Positions 40,033 to 50,578 of a stretch of 64,000 nucleotides of DNA are shown in pieces. The stretch covers positions 1,600,001-1,664,000 of the forward strand of contig OZ246001.1 of the NCBI GenBank assembly GCA_965230295.1, in the 5' to 3' direction. The position numbers were made by a program, and so were the translations under genes. The DNA is from Marinicella sp. (lineage in GTDB: Bacteria > Pseudomonadota > Gammaproteobacteria > Xanthomonadales > Marinicellaceae). Position 1 is the stretch's first letter. Each line of letters starts with the position of its first letter. The notes under the pieces were generated by a model, which worked only from the letters and a program-made list of their open reading frames with translations, had not been told where the DNA came from and made no database searches.

Positions 40033-40452
40033 ATGAGAAAAAACGAACCGATCAATCACATCATGAGCGCCGATGTACAGGCTGTACAACAGGGGCAGAA
40101 GTTGAGTGAGGTTTATCACATCATGAGTCAATCAGGTGTACACCATGTACCCGTTCTGGATTCTCAGCAGCTGGTGGGAATCGTCAGCTTCACTGACATG
40201 ATGCAATTGAACTTCAACCTCCAAGGCTTCGATCAACGAGGTTTCGCTGACATGATAGATCAACAATTCAAAACCACTGACATCATGTCTAAATCACTGA
40301 CCACGCTGAACGCCAACCAATCTATTCGCGATGCAGTGGAGTTACTGGCAGATGGCGGGTTCCATTCATTACCAGTCACTGACAACGAAAACCATTTGGT
40401 AGGTATGGTGACCAGCACCGATTTAATCAGATACCTGAAGGATCAATACTGA
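40033..40452 (+). CDS. CBS domain pair protein
   Basis: HHVPVL..LVGIVS..D and HSLPV...LVGMVTSTD. Confidence 0.92.
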   Translation: MRKNEPINHIMSADVQAVQQGQKLSEVYHIMSQSGVHHVPVLDSQQLVGIVSFTDMMQLNFNLQGFDQRGFADMIDQQFKTTDIMSKSLTTLNANQSIRDAVELLADGGFHSLPVTDNENHLVGMVTSTDLIRYLKDQY

Positions 40453-40799
40453 TGAGTGCACTGATGGAAATTAAGCTCATTGATGAGTTAAAAACCAAAC
40501 TTGAGCTTGAACAGAGTCGGCTTAAAGCCTTATTAATCAACACCCAAAGACATTTACATCGCACAGACCCTGTTAGTCAGGATTTTGCCGAGCAAGCAAC
40601 CGAAACAGAAAACGATGAAGTGGTGGCTGCGCTGGACCAAGGCGCGCAGATTGAACTGTCTCAAATTGTCAAAGCATTGAAACGGATTGAAGAAGGTAAT
40701 TATGGTGAATGCGTGGTCTGTGGTGAAAACATCAACATTGAACGCTTGAAAGCCATTCCACATACACCGTTTTGTATAGGCTGTGCCAGCGAGAAGTGA
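40452..40799 (+). CDS. TraR/DksA C4-type zinc finger protein
   Basis: Coiled coil with DFAEQA; AL.RI..G.YG.CVVCG..I..ERL.AIP.T.FCIGC. Confidence 0.9.
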   Translation: MSALMEIKLIDELKTKLELEQSRLKALLINTQRHLHRTDPVSQDFAEQATETENDEVVAALDQGAQIELSQIVKALKRIEEGNYGECVVCGENINIERLKAIPHTPFCIGCASEK

Positions 40800-40822
40800 T
40801 TCTGGATTGATTGATATCAGAG

Positions 40823-41458
40823 TTACTCATCAAAGGATTCCAGCCCTTCATCCAAACGCCAGTCTTTGAGGATGGGCCGATCGATGTCCTTGGTGTTGTA
40901 AGCCAAAAAAATACCCATCAACAAACCGAACATGTGAGATTCCCATGAGATGCCCACTTGTCCTGGAAAAATACCCCAGATCAACGACCCATACATGAAG
41001 GCAATGGCAATCGAAATGCCTACTGATTGTGTGTCTTTTTTCAAAAAACCGCTGACAAACAAGTAACTCAACAAAGCATAAAACAAACCACTGGATCCAA
41101 TGTGATTCACTTCACGAGCAAATAGCCACACCAAAGCACCGGTTAAAACCACACTGAAAAACACCACTCGATTGGCCACTTTGGGGTAGTTGCCAAACAG
41201 GGCCACCATGGCCAGGAACATGGGTAAACTGTTGTCAATCAAATGCGGCCAACCGCTGTGAATAAAGGGCATGGTGACGATGCCCAACAAACCCTCCAAA
41301 CTGCGGGGTTTTGTACCAAACTGGGTTAATGGCAACACCTGAGCCAACAAAAAGCAAACCCAAATCACTGCCAAAAAGACCAGGCTGATGCGAAATGCTT
41401 TGGGCCATTGTTTGCGTCTGGCACGGGCGTAATCAGGGTCTAAGTGAGGGATCTTCAT
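40823..41458 (-). CDS. Rhomboid family intramembrane serine protease
   Basis: PFIH....H..N, HIGSSG, WESH.FG. Confidence 0.9.
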   Translation of the reverse strand: MKIPHLDPDYARARRKQWPKAFRISLVFLAVIWVCFLLAQVLPLTQFGTKPRSLEGLLGIVTMPFIHSGWPHLIDNSLPMFLAMVALFGNYPKVANRVVFFSVVLTGALVWLFAREVNHIGSSGLFYALLSYLFVSGFLKKDTQSVGISIAIAFMYGSLIWGIFPGQVGISWESHMFGLLMGIFLAYNTKDIDRPILKDWRLDEGLESFDE

Positions 41459-41507
41459 CGGCTGTTAAGTATTTAAAACACAACTGTGGGGGTGGGGAAC
41501 ATAAATA

Positions 41508-42434
41508 TCAATAGAAGCTGGCTTCATCTGCTGGTCTGGTTTTGAATCGCTTATGCAGCCACAGGTACTGCTCAGGGGCTTGGGTCACCAGCTTTTCTAT
41601 CTGCTGATTGATGCGCAAGGTATCCCCCTTGACATCTTTGCTGGGAAAATCAGCCAATGGCGCCGACAGGCTCAGTTCATAGAACGGGGCTTGATCAATC
41701 CTTTTGACGGAATAAAACATCACTTGACACCCTGAAATGCGTGCCAATTGGTGGGTGGCCGTAATGGTGGATGCTCGGGTACCAAAAAAATCAACAAAAA
41801 CAGATTGTCCGCGGCGGTAATTCTGATCAGGGGCATACCACACCACGCCGCCAGATTTGAGGTACTTGACGATCCCCTTGAGTTCATCACGAGAGAACAT
41901 GGCATCGGCATAATGCAATCGTGCACGCTTCACCACGAATTCCTGCACCGGGTTTTTATGTGGTCGGTAGACGCCAGCAATGGGGTATCGTTCACAGATG
42001 ACTCGACCACCCACATCCAGCGCTGTGAAGTGACCAGAAACCAGCAACACACCTTGACCTTTGGCCAAAGCAGCCTCCAGATACTCTTTCCCGGAAATGG
42101 TCAAGGGCTCATATAACTTGGAAGACCGGTTCAAAAAGGTGCGTAAGGTTTGACTCACCATCATCCCTGTTTCGCGATAATTTTTCTCAATCAACTCTTG
42201 TTGCTGATCTTGGGTTAAATCAGGAAAACAGGTGGCTATGTTTTTTTTAATCACCCGACGTCTGGATTTAAACAGCCGTTTAAAAAGCCAGCCCATGGCT
42301 CGCCCTATGGCCAACAACAAACGCCTGGGTAAATGCGCCAGCAACCAACACAAGCCATAAACAAACCATCCGGACAAATTTGACCAAAATGCCGGCCTGT
42401 CCAGATGATCGTTAGTTTTTGATGGTTGGTTCAT
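41508..42434 (-). CDS. lpxL: Lipid A biosynthesis lauroyl acyltransferase
   Basis: HF..LD, YAPDQ, FFG, PEQYLWLHKRFK. Confidence 0.88.
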   Translation of the reverse strand: MNQPSKTNDHLDRPAFWSNLSGWFVYGLCWLLAHLPRRLLLAIGRAMGWLFKRLFKSRRRVIKKNIATCFPDLTQDQQQELIEKNYRETGMMVSQTLRTFLNRSSKLYEPLTISGKEYLEAALAKGQGVLLVSGHFTALDVGGRVICERYPIAGVYRPHKNPVQEFVVKRARLHYADAMFSRDELKGIVKYLKSGGVVWYAPDQNYRRGQSVFVDFFGTRASTITATHQLARISGCQVMFYSVKRIDQAPFYELSLSAPLADFPSKDVKGDTLRINQQIEKLVTQAPEQYLWLHKRFKTRPADEASFY

Positions 42435-42497
42435 AACAAAGACAGGTGGCCAAGCAGCTGTTGCACTGAGTCAGTAAATCCTTGACCACTTGACACT

Positions 42498-45470
42498 TCA
42501 CTTAACCGTAAACTCAACGCTGTGTTCATGATCTCCCTGTTCAATCTTCATTTTGTAATTGCCTGGTTCAATGTAAGGAGGGTGGCCTAAGCGCTGAGAT
42601 TCTGCATAGGGCATTTTCGCCTTGTTCAAGGGTTCAAAATTAACCACTTCTTCATTGCCATCTATTTGGCTGACACCCTCAATTTGATCTTCGTCCTCGA
42701 CTGATGTTTTGGCATTGGCTGATGCCTCAGCTGCAATGGCACTGTCAGCATCCACCTTGTAGCCCCACAACCATTGGTTTATGCCTGCATTTAATTTCCA
42801 ATCTTGCCTGAAATACTCGGATCCGTCTTGGTCCGTGATGCTGATGGTGGCTTCTCCTGCCGCTTTGGACCAAACATAAACCGGGACTTGGTCATGGGTT
42901 TGGTCGGTGTAACTCCAGCGAAATGGCTTGCTGTCCCAACTGCCTTTTTCTTTGATCTCTGCCACTGGGTAGAGGTGCAAATCTGCGGTTTTGATGGCAT
43001 CGGTGATGCCTTGAACCGGACTGACATCAGCGACAAAAACACTGCGCCCATGGGTGCCTATGACCAGTTCATTTTCTCTGGGGTGTACGATCAAATCATG
43101 CACCGGCACAGTCGGTAATTGGTTGCCCAACATGTCCCAGTCTTGACCTTGGTTCAAAGACACATAGATGCCTTTGTCTGTACCCACATAAACGATTTGG
43201 TCATTTTTGGGGTCTTCCTTAACCACATTGATGGTTTCATTAGGCAAGCCTGCACTCATGTCACGCCATTTATTACCCAAATTATCAGTTCTAAACAAGT
43301 AGGGTTTGATGTCGTCATTGCGGTAATTATTCAACGCCAGCCAAGCCCTTTTTTCCTGGTGTGGCGAGGCCACAATGCGACTCACCCATTTGCCTTTCAA
43401 AGACCTGGCGTTGGGTAAGTTTTTACTGACCTTTTGCCAGTCCTCTCCACCATTGCTGGTGACCCAAACCAGACCATCGTCTGTACCAGCCCAGATCAAA
43501 CCAAATTTCATCGGTGACTCTGACAAACTTGTCAAAGTCGCAAACGGCACATCGCCACGATTTTCTGATTCCGTGAGGTCGCCACTGATCAAAGTCCAAT
43601 CATCACCATTGTTCATGCTTCGGTAAACTTTATGACCACCAAAATAGAGAATGTCTTTGTTGTGGGTTGACATCATCACGGGGGTATTCCAGTTCTTGCG
43701 CAATGACTCTTCTCCCACGTAATTGGGTGGTGTGATTCTTTTCGGTGCGGCAGACCCCAGTCGAAAAGAATTACCAAACTGGAAGCCTACATACGTGAGT
43801 TTCTCATCATCGTCAACATTCACATGCATACCATCACCACCAAAAATGCGTTCCCAATCGTCACCGCGATATTGGTTGTTATGCCACAGATTTTGACTGG
43901 AACCTTTTAAGGTACCATTGTCCTGCAAACCACCATAAATGTTATAAGGCTTTTCCATATCAACGGCAATGGTATAAAACTGACCTACAGGTTGGTGATC
44001 AACTTTGCTCCAGGTTTGACCACCATCATAACTTTCATCAACCCCGCCATCATTGCCCACCATGATGTGATTGCTGTTGTTGGGATCAATCCAAATGGCT
44101 TGAATGTCCGCATGCACGGATGAATCCCATGCCGATGCCCAGGTTTTACCGCCATCGGTTGATTTAATGAATGGCACTCCAGTGGCATACACAGTATCTA
44201 CATCCTGCGGGTCCACCTTAACCTGACCAAAGTAGTAACCATAGGAAAAGACCACCCCTTGCAAGTCTTCGTCATGGGTCCGATAGAAACTGTCTCCACC
44301 ATCATCTGAACGGTAAATTTCAAGTGATTTGATGTCTACATTAAACAGATTGGTGTTGCCATCTGCCAGTTTCTCAACCAAAGATTGTGGTGTGATTTCA
44401 TCATTCTTTATTTGTTCGACCACCTTTTCAGCCGTCATCTCTGGTGGGAAGTTATTGCCACGCAAAAATCTTTCTATGGCTTTTTCATCTTGACTTAAAA
44501 ATGTGGCTTTATCCATATTTTTTAAGCGCTTGACATTAACCGCTTGGTCTCCCATGTCCCACTGATCCTGAGGTAAAGGTGTTTGGTTGTCGACTGAAAC
44601 GTATAAGGTGTTTGGCTCACTGACGGCTGTTGTCAGGCCCATTCGCCCTGTGTGCTTACCTTGTGGCAAGCCATTGGTGAGTTTTTGCCAGGTATCCCCT
44701 TGGTCAGAACTTTTATAAATGGCACTGCCTTCTCCACCTTCGACAAAATCCCAAGCCCGTCTTGATCGATCCCATGCAGATGCATACAAGTCACCATTGG
44801 ACGACCTGGCCACATCAATGAAACCGGTAAAACCTTCACCAGAGATCAAAGTTTCCCAACTTTTCCCGCCATCGGATGTGCGGTACAACCCGCGATCTCC
44901 ACCGTCGGTATATAGACGGCCTAATGCAGCCACATATACCCGCTCAGAATTTTCGGGGTCAACCAGTATCCGACCAATGCGGTCGGTGTCACCGAGCCCT
45001 ACATACTGCCAACTGGCGCCCCCATCAACAGATTTATAGACACCCATACCGCCATAGGAAGAACGGGATGAGTTGTTTTCTCCGGTACCCAACCACAGCG
45101 TATTGGAATCATTGGGGTCAACCACCAATGAACCCACAATTTGGCTGGGAAGGTTGTCGGTAATTGGCACAAAAGTGTTGCCATTGTTGGTGCTCTTCCA
45201 AACACCGCCTGAAGCATACCCAACATAGATCACATGGGGTTGATCAACCGGCCTGATTACATCCACTGCGCGACCTCCCTGTACCACCGGACCCACATTG
45301 CGCCAAGTGATGCCTTTATACGGCGTCTCTGATCGCATGGCTTGGTGTTGATCCCATGAAACCTTTTGGTGGTTATAGGTAGATGACACATCAGCCATGG
45401 TGTGGGTTGATGCTGACAACATGAGCAAACCAATGAAAGTCAGAGAACACAACGTTTTAAACTGTTTCAT
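42498..45470 (-). CDS. Secreted VPS10/BNR-repeat beta-propeller (glycosyl hydrolase-like)
   Basis: Many S.DGG.TW Asp-box repeats; GGLQDNG, GTHGRS. Confidence 0.88.
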   Translation of the reverse strand: MKQFKTLCSLTFIGLLMLSASTHTMADVSSTYNHQKVSWDQHQAMRSETPYKGITWRNVGPVVQGGRAVDVIRPVDQPHVIYVGYASGGVWKSTNNGNTFVPITDNLPSQIVGSLVVDPNDSNTLWLGTGENNSSRSSYGGMGVYKSVDGGASWQYVGLGDTDRIGRILVDPENSERVYVAALGRLYTDGGDRGLYRTSDGGKSWETLISGEGFTGFIDVARSSNGDLYASAWDRSRRAWDFVEGGEGSAIYKSSDQGDTWQKLTNGLPQGKHTGRMGLTTAVSEPNTLYVSVDNQTPLPQDQWDMGDQAVNVKRLKNMDKATFLSQDEKAIERFLRGNNFPPEMTAEKVVEQIKNDEITPQSLVEKLADGNTNLFNVDIKSLEIYRSDDGGDSFYRTHDEDLQGVVFSYGYYFGQVKVDPQDVDTVYATGVPFIKSTDGGKTWASAWDSSVHADIQAIWIDPNNSNHIMVGNDGGVDESYDGGQTWSKVDHQPVGQFYTIAVDMEKPYNIYGGLQDNGTLKGSSQNLWHNNQYRGDDWERIFGGDGMHVNVDDDEKLTYVGFQFGNSFRLGSAAPKRITPPNYVGEESLRKNWNTPVMMSTHNKDILYFGGHKVYRSMNNGDDWTLISGDLTESENRGDVPFATLTSLSESPMKFGLIWAGTDDGLVWVTSNGGEDWQKVSKNLPNARSLKGKWVSRIVASPHQEKRAWLALNNYRNDDIKPYLFRTDNLGNKWRDMSAGLPNETINVVKEDPKNDQIVYVGTDKGIYVSLNQGQDWDMLGNQLPTVPVHDLIVHPRENELVIGTHGRSVFVADVSPVQGITDAIKTADLHLYPVAEIKEKGSWDSKPFRWSYTDQTHDQVPVYVWSKAAGEATISITDQDGSEYFRQDWKLNAGINQWLWGYKVDADSAIAAEASANAKTSVEDEDQIEGVSQIDGNEEVVNFEPLNKAKMPYAESQRLGHPPYIEPGNYKMKIEQGDHEHSVEFTVK

Positions 45471-45607
45471 GCTTTTTAATCCGATTCAATAAGCCTATAA
45501 TTATGGGCTTAAGTGAATACAGTGGCAAGTGCATCGAACCAATCACCATCAAATCGTTACTTCTGTTACATGTGAAGCTTATATTGAGGCCTTATTATGA
45601 TTGAATT

Positions 45608-47482
45608 ATGACTACTGACACCCACCCTACAAGCAAGCCATTCGGTATGGCCCAAGTGTTTAATTTTTTTACCAAGCCATTTATTTTGGTGGCCAATTTC
45701 ACCCGACATTTTTTGTTGTTATTGGTGTTCTTGATTATTTTATACCTGATCTTCGGTGGCCAAAGCATCACCATCAAAGAAGGGACCGCCTTGGTACTGG
45801 CACCCAAAGGATTTGTGGTCGACCAATACAGCGGCGATCCAAAAACCCAGGCCATTGATAACTTACGTGGCACCGACATTCCTGAAACTCGGGTCAGAGA
45901 CATTTTGCGGGCCATAGAACTGGCCACTGATGACCATAAAATCACAGCCTTGGTATTAAACCCTGATTATATGTGGGGTGCTGGTTTGGCCAATTTGCGT
46001 GAAATTGAATACGCCATCGACCAATTCAAAACTAAATCCAACAAGCCGGTGATCGCCATGGCCACCAACTTGTCTCAAGGTCAGTACTACTTTGCCAGTT
46101 TGGCCGATGAAATCCTGATGGACCCCCAAGGATTTTTATTCTTACAAGGCTTTGGTTCATACCGTAATTACTTCAAAGATGGCCTGGATAAGCTGGGAGT
46201 GGATGTTCACTTATTCAAAGTGGGTGAATATAAATCTGCCGCAGAACCCTATGTGCGCAACGACATGTCTCAAGAAGCCAAGGAAGCAGGGCTGCATTTC
46301 ATGAAAGACTTGTGGCAAACTTACCTTTCTGGAATTGCCGCCAGACGCGGCTTGACTGTTGAAGCCATTGAAGAAATCGTTGACCAACAAGCCCAGCGCC
46401 TGATGGCGAACAAAGGATCGGTATCAGACATGGCGGTTGATGCCGGATTGGTGGATCGCATCATGAAGAGAAGCTTCATGCACAAGCGCATTGCCGAAGT
46501 CAGTTCGTTTGATGATAACAACAACCATTTTCGCGGTATTGGATACGAAGACTATTTAAGCACCCATTTGTCTACTGTAACTTCAACAAGCAGTAAAGTG
46601 GCTGTGGTGGTGGCTGAAGGCACGATCATGGGTGGCGAACAACCTGCTGGTACCATCGGCGGTGCTTCCACCAGCTCCCTGTTAGAACTGGCCCGACTTG
46701 ACCCATCAGTCAAAGCCGTGGTGTTGCGAGTGAACAGCCCAGGTGGTGGTGTCTATCCTTCTGAACAAATCAGGCGCGAAGTGGATGCCCTGAAGATCGC
46801 CGGTAAACCTGTGGTTGTTTCCATGGGCAATGTAGCGGCTTCGGGCGGTTATTGGATATCAATGACTGCAGACAGTATATGGGCTGATGAGGCCACCATT
46901 ACCGGCTCAATTGGCATCTATGGTTTGTTAATGACTTATCCGGATTTATTCAACAAGCTGGGCATTCACACCGACGGTATTGGCACCACCAAATGGGTGG
47001 GGGCTTTCAATCCAGACAAAGATTTGGATCCTGAGTTTGCCGATTTAATCCAAAGCAACATTGAGTATGGTTACCAACAATTCATCGGATCGGTTGCCGC
47101 CGCGCGCAATCTGGAAGTTGAAATGGTGGACCGCATCGCACGTGGCCGTGTGTGGACAGCCAAACAAGCTTACGATTTGGGGTTGATAGACCAACTGGGC
47201 GGTTTACAACAAGCCATCGAAGATGCCGCCACCAAAGCCAACCTCACAACAGATTACCACCTGGTCTGGGTGGAAGAGTCTTTGAGCTTCACTGAACAGC
47301 TGTTTGTTGACATGTTGGCCAAGGCGGGTGAACACATTGATTTCAAAACCAACACCAACAACCTGAAACTACAGCAATTACTGCAACCTTTCGCAGCCGA
47401 ACTGGCCATGGTGCTAGACGCCAAACCTGGCGAAGTGTTGCAAATGGCTCATTGCTTGTGCGACTTTAACCACATCCCTTAG
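45608..47482 (+). CDS. sppA: Signal peptide peptidase SppA (67K type)
   Basis: G.YKSA.EP, RVNSPGG, AASGGYW, ITGSIG. Confidence 0.95.
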   Translation: MTTDTHPTSKPFGMAQVFNFFTKPFILVANFTRHFLLLLVFLIILYLIFGGQSITIKEGTALVLAPKGFVVDQYSGDPKTQAIDNLRGTDIPETRVRDILRAIELATDDHKITALVLNPDYMWGAGLANLREIEYAIDQFKTKSNKPVIAMATNLSQGQYYFASLADEILMDPQGFLFLQGFGSYRNYFKDGLDKLGVDVHLFKVGEYKSAAEPYVRNDMSQEAKEAGLHFMKDLWQTYLSGIAARRGLTVEAIEEIVDQQAQRLMANKGSVSDMAVDAGLVDRIMKRSFMHKRIAEVSSFDDNNNHFRGIGYEDYLSTHLSTVTSTSSKVAVVVAEGTIMGGEQPAGTIGGASTSSLLELARLDPSVKAVVLRVNSPGGGVYPSEQIRREVDALKIAGKPVVVSMGNVAASGGYWISMTADSIWADEATITGSIGIYGLLMTYPDLFNKLGIHTDGIGTTKWVGAFNPDKDLDPEFADLIQSNIEYGYQQFIGSVAAARNLEVEMVDRIARGRVWTAKQAYDLGLIDQLGGLQQAIEDAATKANLTTDYHLVWVEESLSFTEQLFVDMLAKAGEHIDFKTNTNNLKLQQLLQPFAAELAMVLDAKPGEVLQMAHCLCDFNHIP

Positions 47483-48087
47483 TCTTGACCACCAACCATG
47501 GGGATGTAATTGGGGTGGTTCTTGATGTGGGATAACCACTGGTTGATGGCCGGATACTGACTCAAATCAAAACCACCTTCATCAGCCACATGGGTGTAGG
47601 CAAACAAGCATATATCTGCCACCGTCAACTGATCGCCGGTTAAATAAGGGTGTTTTGCCAGTTGCTGTTCCATCTGAGACAAGGCTTGATGGCCCCCATG
47701 TTGTTTGGCGGCATATTCAGCTTGGCGTGCACTTGGCATGCCTTGAAATTTATTGATGAATCTGGCCACAGCAATATAAGGTTCATGGCTGTATTGTTCA
47801 AAAAACTGCCATTGTTGAACGCGACTGAAATGTTCTTTTTCAGATGGTAACAATGCCGTACCATAGGCCAAATAGTTCACGATGGCGTTGGATTCACTCA
47901 AGAAGCTGCCATCGTCCAACTGTAAAACCGGGATCTTGCCATTGGGGTTCTTTTTCATGAATTCAGCTGTTCTGGCTTCACCATGCATAATGTCAACAGC
48001 TTGCCACTCTAAAGGGATGTCAAGCCATGCGGCTGTTAAGAGTATTTTGTAACAATTTCCCGAGCGTTTATCACCAAATAATTTCAT
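47479..48087 (-). CDS. Glutathione S-transferase family protein
   Basis: SGNCYK, NPNGKIPVL, ESNAI, ADI.LFAYTH. Confidence 0.92.
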   Translation of the reverse strand: MKLFGDKRSGNCYKILLTAAWLDIPLEWQAVDIMHGEARTAEFMKKNPNGKIPVLQLDDGSFLSESNAIVNYLAYGTALLPSEKEHFSRVQQWQFFEQYSHEPYIAVARFINKFQGMPSARQAEYAAKQHGGHQALSQMEQQLAKHPYLTGDQLTVADICLFAYTHVADEGGFDLSQYPAINQWLSHIKNHPNYIPMVGGQD

Positions 48088-48215
48088 CTTAAAACCTACA
48101 AATTAAAGCCTTATTTTCACAGAAATACGACAGTCATTCATGTATTTTGTTTATGTAATGGCATTTGCCTCAGCATTCACCACTGAAACTTCTGGTGGCA
48201 GGGACTTTTGGCCCA

Positions 48216-48243
48216 TTGACATGATCTGGAGGCATGCTATAAT
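48216..48243 (+). promoter_or_regulatory. Sigma70 promoter of rpoH
   Basis: TTGACA-N16-TATAAT with extended TGn -10. Confidence 0.75.
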
Positions 48244-48269
48244 CGCTTTCCCGTTGCTCAATGGAGGAC

Positions 48270-48297
48270 GGAACTAATCGGGTGTTAATCGGTCAAA
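48270..48297 (+). promoter_or_regulatory. SigmaE (RpoE) promoter of rpoH
   Basis: GGAACT-N16-GTCAAA, matching the RpoE consensus and analogous to E. coli rpoH P3. Confidence 0.75.
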
Positions 48298-48358
48298 ATT
48301 AGCACTTTAATATCTCATCACATGGGCTATTGAGCCATGTAAGATTGGAGACCAAAAA

Positions 48359-49213
48359 ATGACTACAGAAACCATAAAAAACTTACCTGTACCTGCGATT
48401 ACCGGCTCGCTTGAGTCATACATCAGCAGTGTCAACCAAATACCTGTACTGTCGGTCGAGGAAGAACGCTCGTTGGCTGATAAAGTACGTGATCACAATG
48501 ATTTAGATGCCGCTCACGCTTTGGTGATGTCTCACCTGCGTTTTGTGGTGTATGTGGCCAAAGGTTACTCAGGCTATGGCCTGCCTGTTGGCGACTTGAT
48601 CCAGGAAGGCAACATTGGCTTAATGAAAGCCATCAAGCGCTTTGACTCAGTACACAAGGTTCGCCTGGTGTCATTTGCTGTGCATTGGATCCGTGCAGAA
48701 ATACATGAGTATATATTGAAAAATTGGCGCATCCTTAAAGTGGCCACCACCAAAGCTCACAGAAAACTGTTTTTCAATTTAAGAAAAAACAAAAAACGCT
48801 TGGGTTGGTTCACTCAAGAAGAAGTCAATCGCGTGGCCAAAGACTTGGACGTCAGCCCTGAAGTGGTGGTTGAAATGGAATCACGCTTACATGGCCAAGA
48901 CGTTTCTTTTGATTTACCACTGGATGACGATGAGGACAACAACTACTCACCACAAGCCTGGTTAACCAACAACAGCCCAACACCAGAGGCTGAACTGATC
49001 AAGGAAACCGAAGCGAATAAGAACCACCATGCCCTGTTCAAAGGTTTGGACAAGCTGGATGAGCGTTCTTTGGACATCATCCAAAGCCGCTGGTTGGTGG
49101 ACAAAAAAGCCACCTTACAAGAGTTGGCTGCCAAGTATGAAGTCTCGGCCGAACGCATCAGACAACTGGAAGCGGTGGCCTTGAAAAAACTAAAAACACA
49201 AATGGTGGCTTAA
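48359..49213 (+). CDS. rpoH: RNA polymerase sigma factor RpoH
   Basis: [13 protein letters not shown]; RpoH box [15 protein letters not shown]; SAERIRQLE. Confidence 0.97.
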   Translation: MTTETIKNLPVPAITGSLESYISSVNQIPVLSVEEERSLADKVRDHNDLDAAHALVMSHLRFVVYVAKGYSGYGLPVGDLIQEGNIGLMKAIKRFDSVHKVRLVSFAVHWIRAEIHEYILKNWRILKVATTKAHRKLFFNLRKNKKRLGWFTQEEVNRVAKDLDVSPEVVVEMESRLHGQDVSFDLPLDDDEDNNYSPQAWLTNNSPTPEAELIKETEANKNHHALFKGLDKLDERSLDIIQSRWLVDKKATLQELAAKYEVSAERIRQLEAVALKKLKTQMVA

Positions 49214-49236
49214 ACGGCCACAGTTAAATAAGCTTT

Positions 49237-49262
49237 AAAGGCCGCAATCCGCGGCCTTTTTT
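49237..49262 (+). terminator. Rho-independent terminator of rpoH
   Basis: AAAGGCCGC/GCGGCCTTTTTT. Confidence 0.8.
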
Positions 49263-49304
49263 GTGTTTCAAGGAAAACTGGCGAGTGAGGTCCAATCATA
49301 TGCA

Positions 49305-49415
49305 GTCATTACGAGGAGCAAAGCGATACCCAAACGAGTTGAGTGCAGGCTAAGGCAACCAACCTCCTAAAAACTACCCGGCTTTACGAGATTGCTACAC
49401 TGCGTTCGCAATGAC
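49305..49415. repeat. GTCATT(A/G)CGA...TCGCAATGAC palindromic element
   Basis: Terminal inverted repeats GTCATTACGA and TCGCAATGAC, with internal GCAAC/GAGATTGC. Confidence 0.65.
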
Positions 49416-49442
49416 ATTGTTCTATTAAAAACCCAAACCATT

Positions 49443-50528
49443 TTAATCAAACTCCAAATCCATTTGAGCAGGTTGGTCATTGTTTTTATATTGGATGCCC
49501 AAACCCAATAAACGCACAGGACGCTGTTGTCTTAGCCAGGCCGTTTCGACCAATTTTTGATAAATGCTTAAATCCAGTTTAGCGTGAATTTGTTGTGCGG
49601 TGGTGGTTTGAAAATTTTCGAACTTGAGTTTTACATACAAGGCCTTGATCTTGATGCTTTGCTTATCCATGGCCCGTTCATGGCGCTTAACCAATGCCTC
49701 ATACAGGCGTTGAGCTTCAGCTAAACAAGCCGGTAAATGAGTTAAATCCTTGAGAAATGTGTCTTCAACACTGACTGATTTTCTCACACTGTGGGTTTGT
49801 ACCGGACGCTCATCGATGCCCCGACATAAATGGTACAAGGTCGAACCAAAAACACCGAAACGTTGTTGTAGTTGCTGTTTTGATAACTGCTGTAGATCAA
49901 AACACGTATTCAGGCCCATGTCGTGCATTTTCTTGGCCGTTACTTTACCCACACCATAGATTTTCTTAACAGGTAGGTCTTTGACGAATTCATCCACCGC
50001 ATCTGGTGTGACGACAAATTGGCCGTTGGGCTTGTTCCAATCACTGGCAATTTTTGCCAAAAACTTGTTGGGCGCGATGCCTGCTGAAGCCGTTAACTGG
50101 TGTTGTTGCCATATGTCTTGCCTGATTTTTTGTGCCATCAGCGTGGCACTGCCGTGGCAAATGTCTGAACCCGTGACATCGAGAAAGGCTTCATCCAATG
50201 ACAGCGGCTGGATGGTATCGGTGTAATTTTTAAAGATGGTTTTGATGCCTTTGGACTCATCCTGGTAGACAGACATACGCACCGGCTGGATGATCAGTTG
50301 GGGGCATTTTTTGATGGCCTGGGCCATGGGCATGGCTGAGTGGATGCCAAAGGCCCTGGCTTCATACGAACAAGTGGCGACCACTCCTCGCTTATCTGGC
50401 TGTCCACCCACCGCTATGGGCAGTCCTTGTAAATGTGGAAAATCCCTGGCTTCTATGGCCGCATAAAAACAGTCCATATCAACATGGATAATTTTTCTTA
50501 TTTCATTATCTATTGAAGCCTCAACCAT
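49443..50528 (-). CDS. dinB: DNA polymerase IV
   Basis: HVDMDCFYA, SYEAR.FG, SLDEAFLD, AKIASD.NKP.G. Confidence 0.96.
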   Translation of the reverse strand: MVEASIDNEIRKIIHVDMDCFYAAIEARDFPHLQGLPIAVGGQPDKRGVVATCSYEARAFGIHSAMPMAQAIKKCPQLIIQPVRMSVYQDESKGIKTIFKNYTDTIQPLSLDEAFLDVTGSDICHGSATLMAQKIRQDIWQQHQLTASAGIAPNKFLAKIASDWNKPNGQFVVTPDAVDEFVKDLPVKKIYGVGKVTAKKMHDMGLNTCFDLQQLSKQQLQQRFGVFGSTLYHLCRGIDERPVQTHSVRKSVSVEDTFLKDLTHLPACLAEAQRLYEALVKRHERAMDKQSIKIKALYVKLKFENFQTTTAQQIHAKLDLSIYQKLVETAWLRQQRPVRLLGLGIQYKNNDQPAQMDLEFD

Positions 50529-50578
50529 CAGTATTTGTATGAGGAAAACTGCTGTTTATTTTAAACCCGCTCGCTGGC

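Noticed and set aside
48299-48325. CIRCE element upstream of rpoH
   Set aside because: Only a half-site (TTAGCACT) is present, with no matching GAGTGCTAA arm.
50550-50570. LexA box upstream of dinB
   Set aside because: CTGTTTATTTTAAACC lacks the CAG half-site at the correct spacing.
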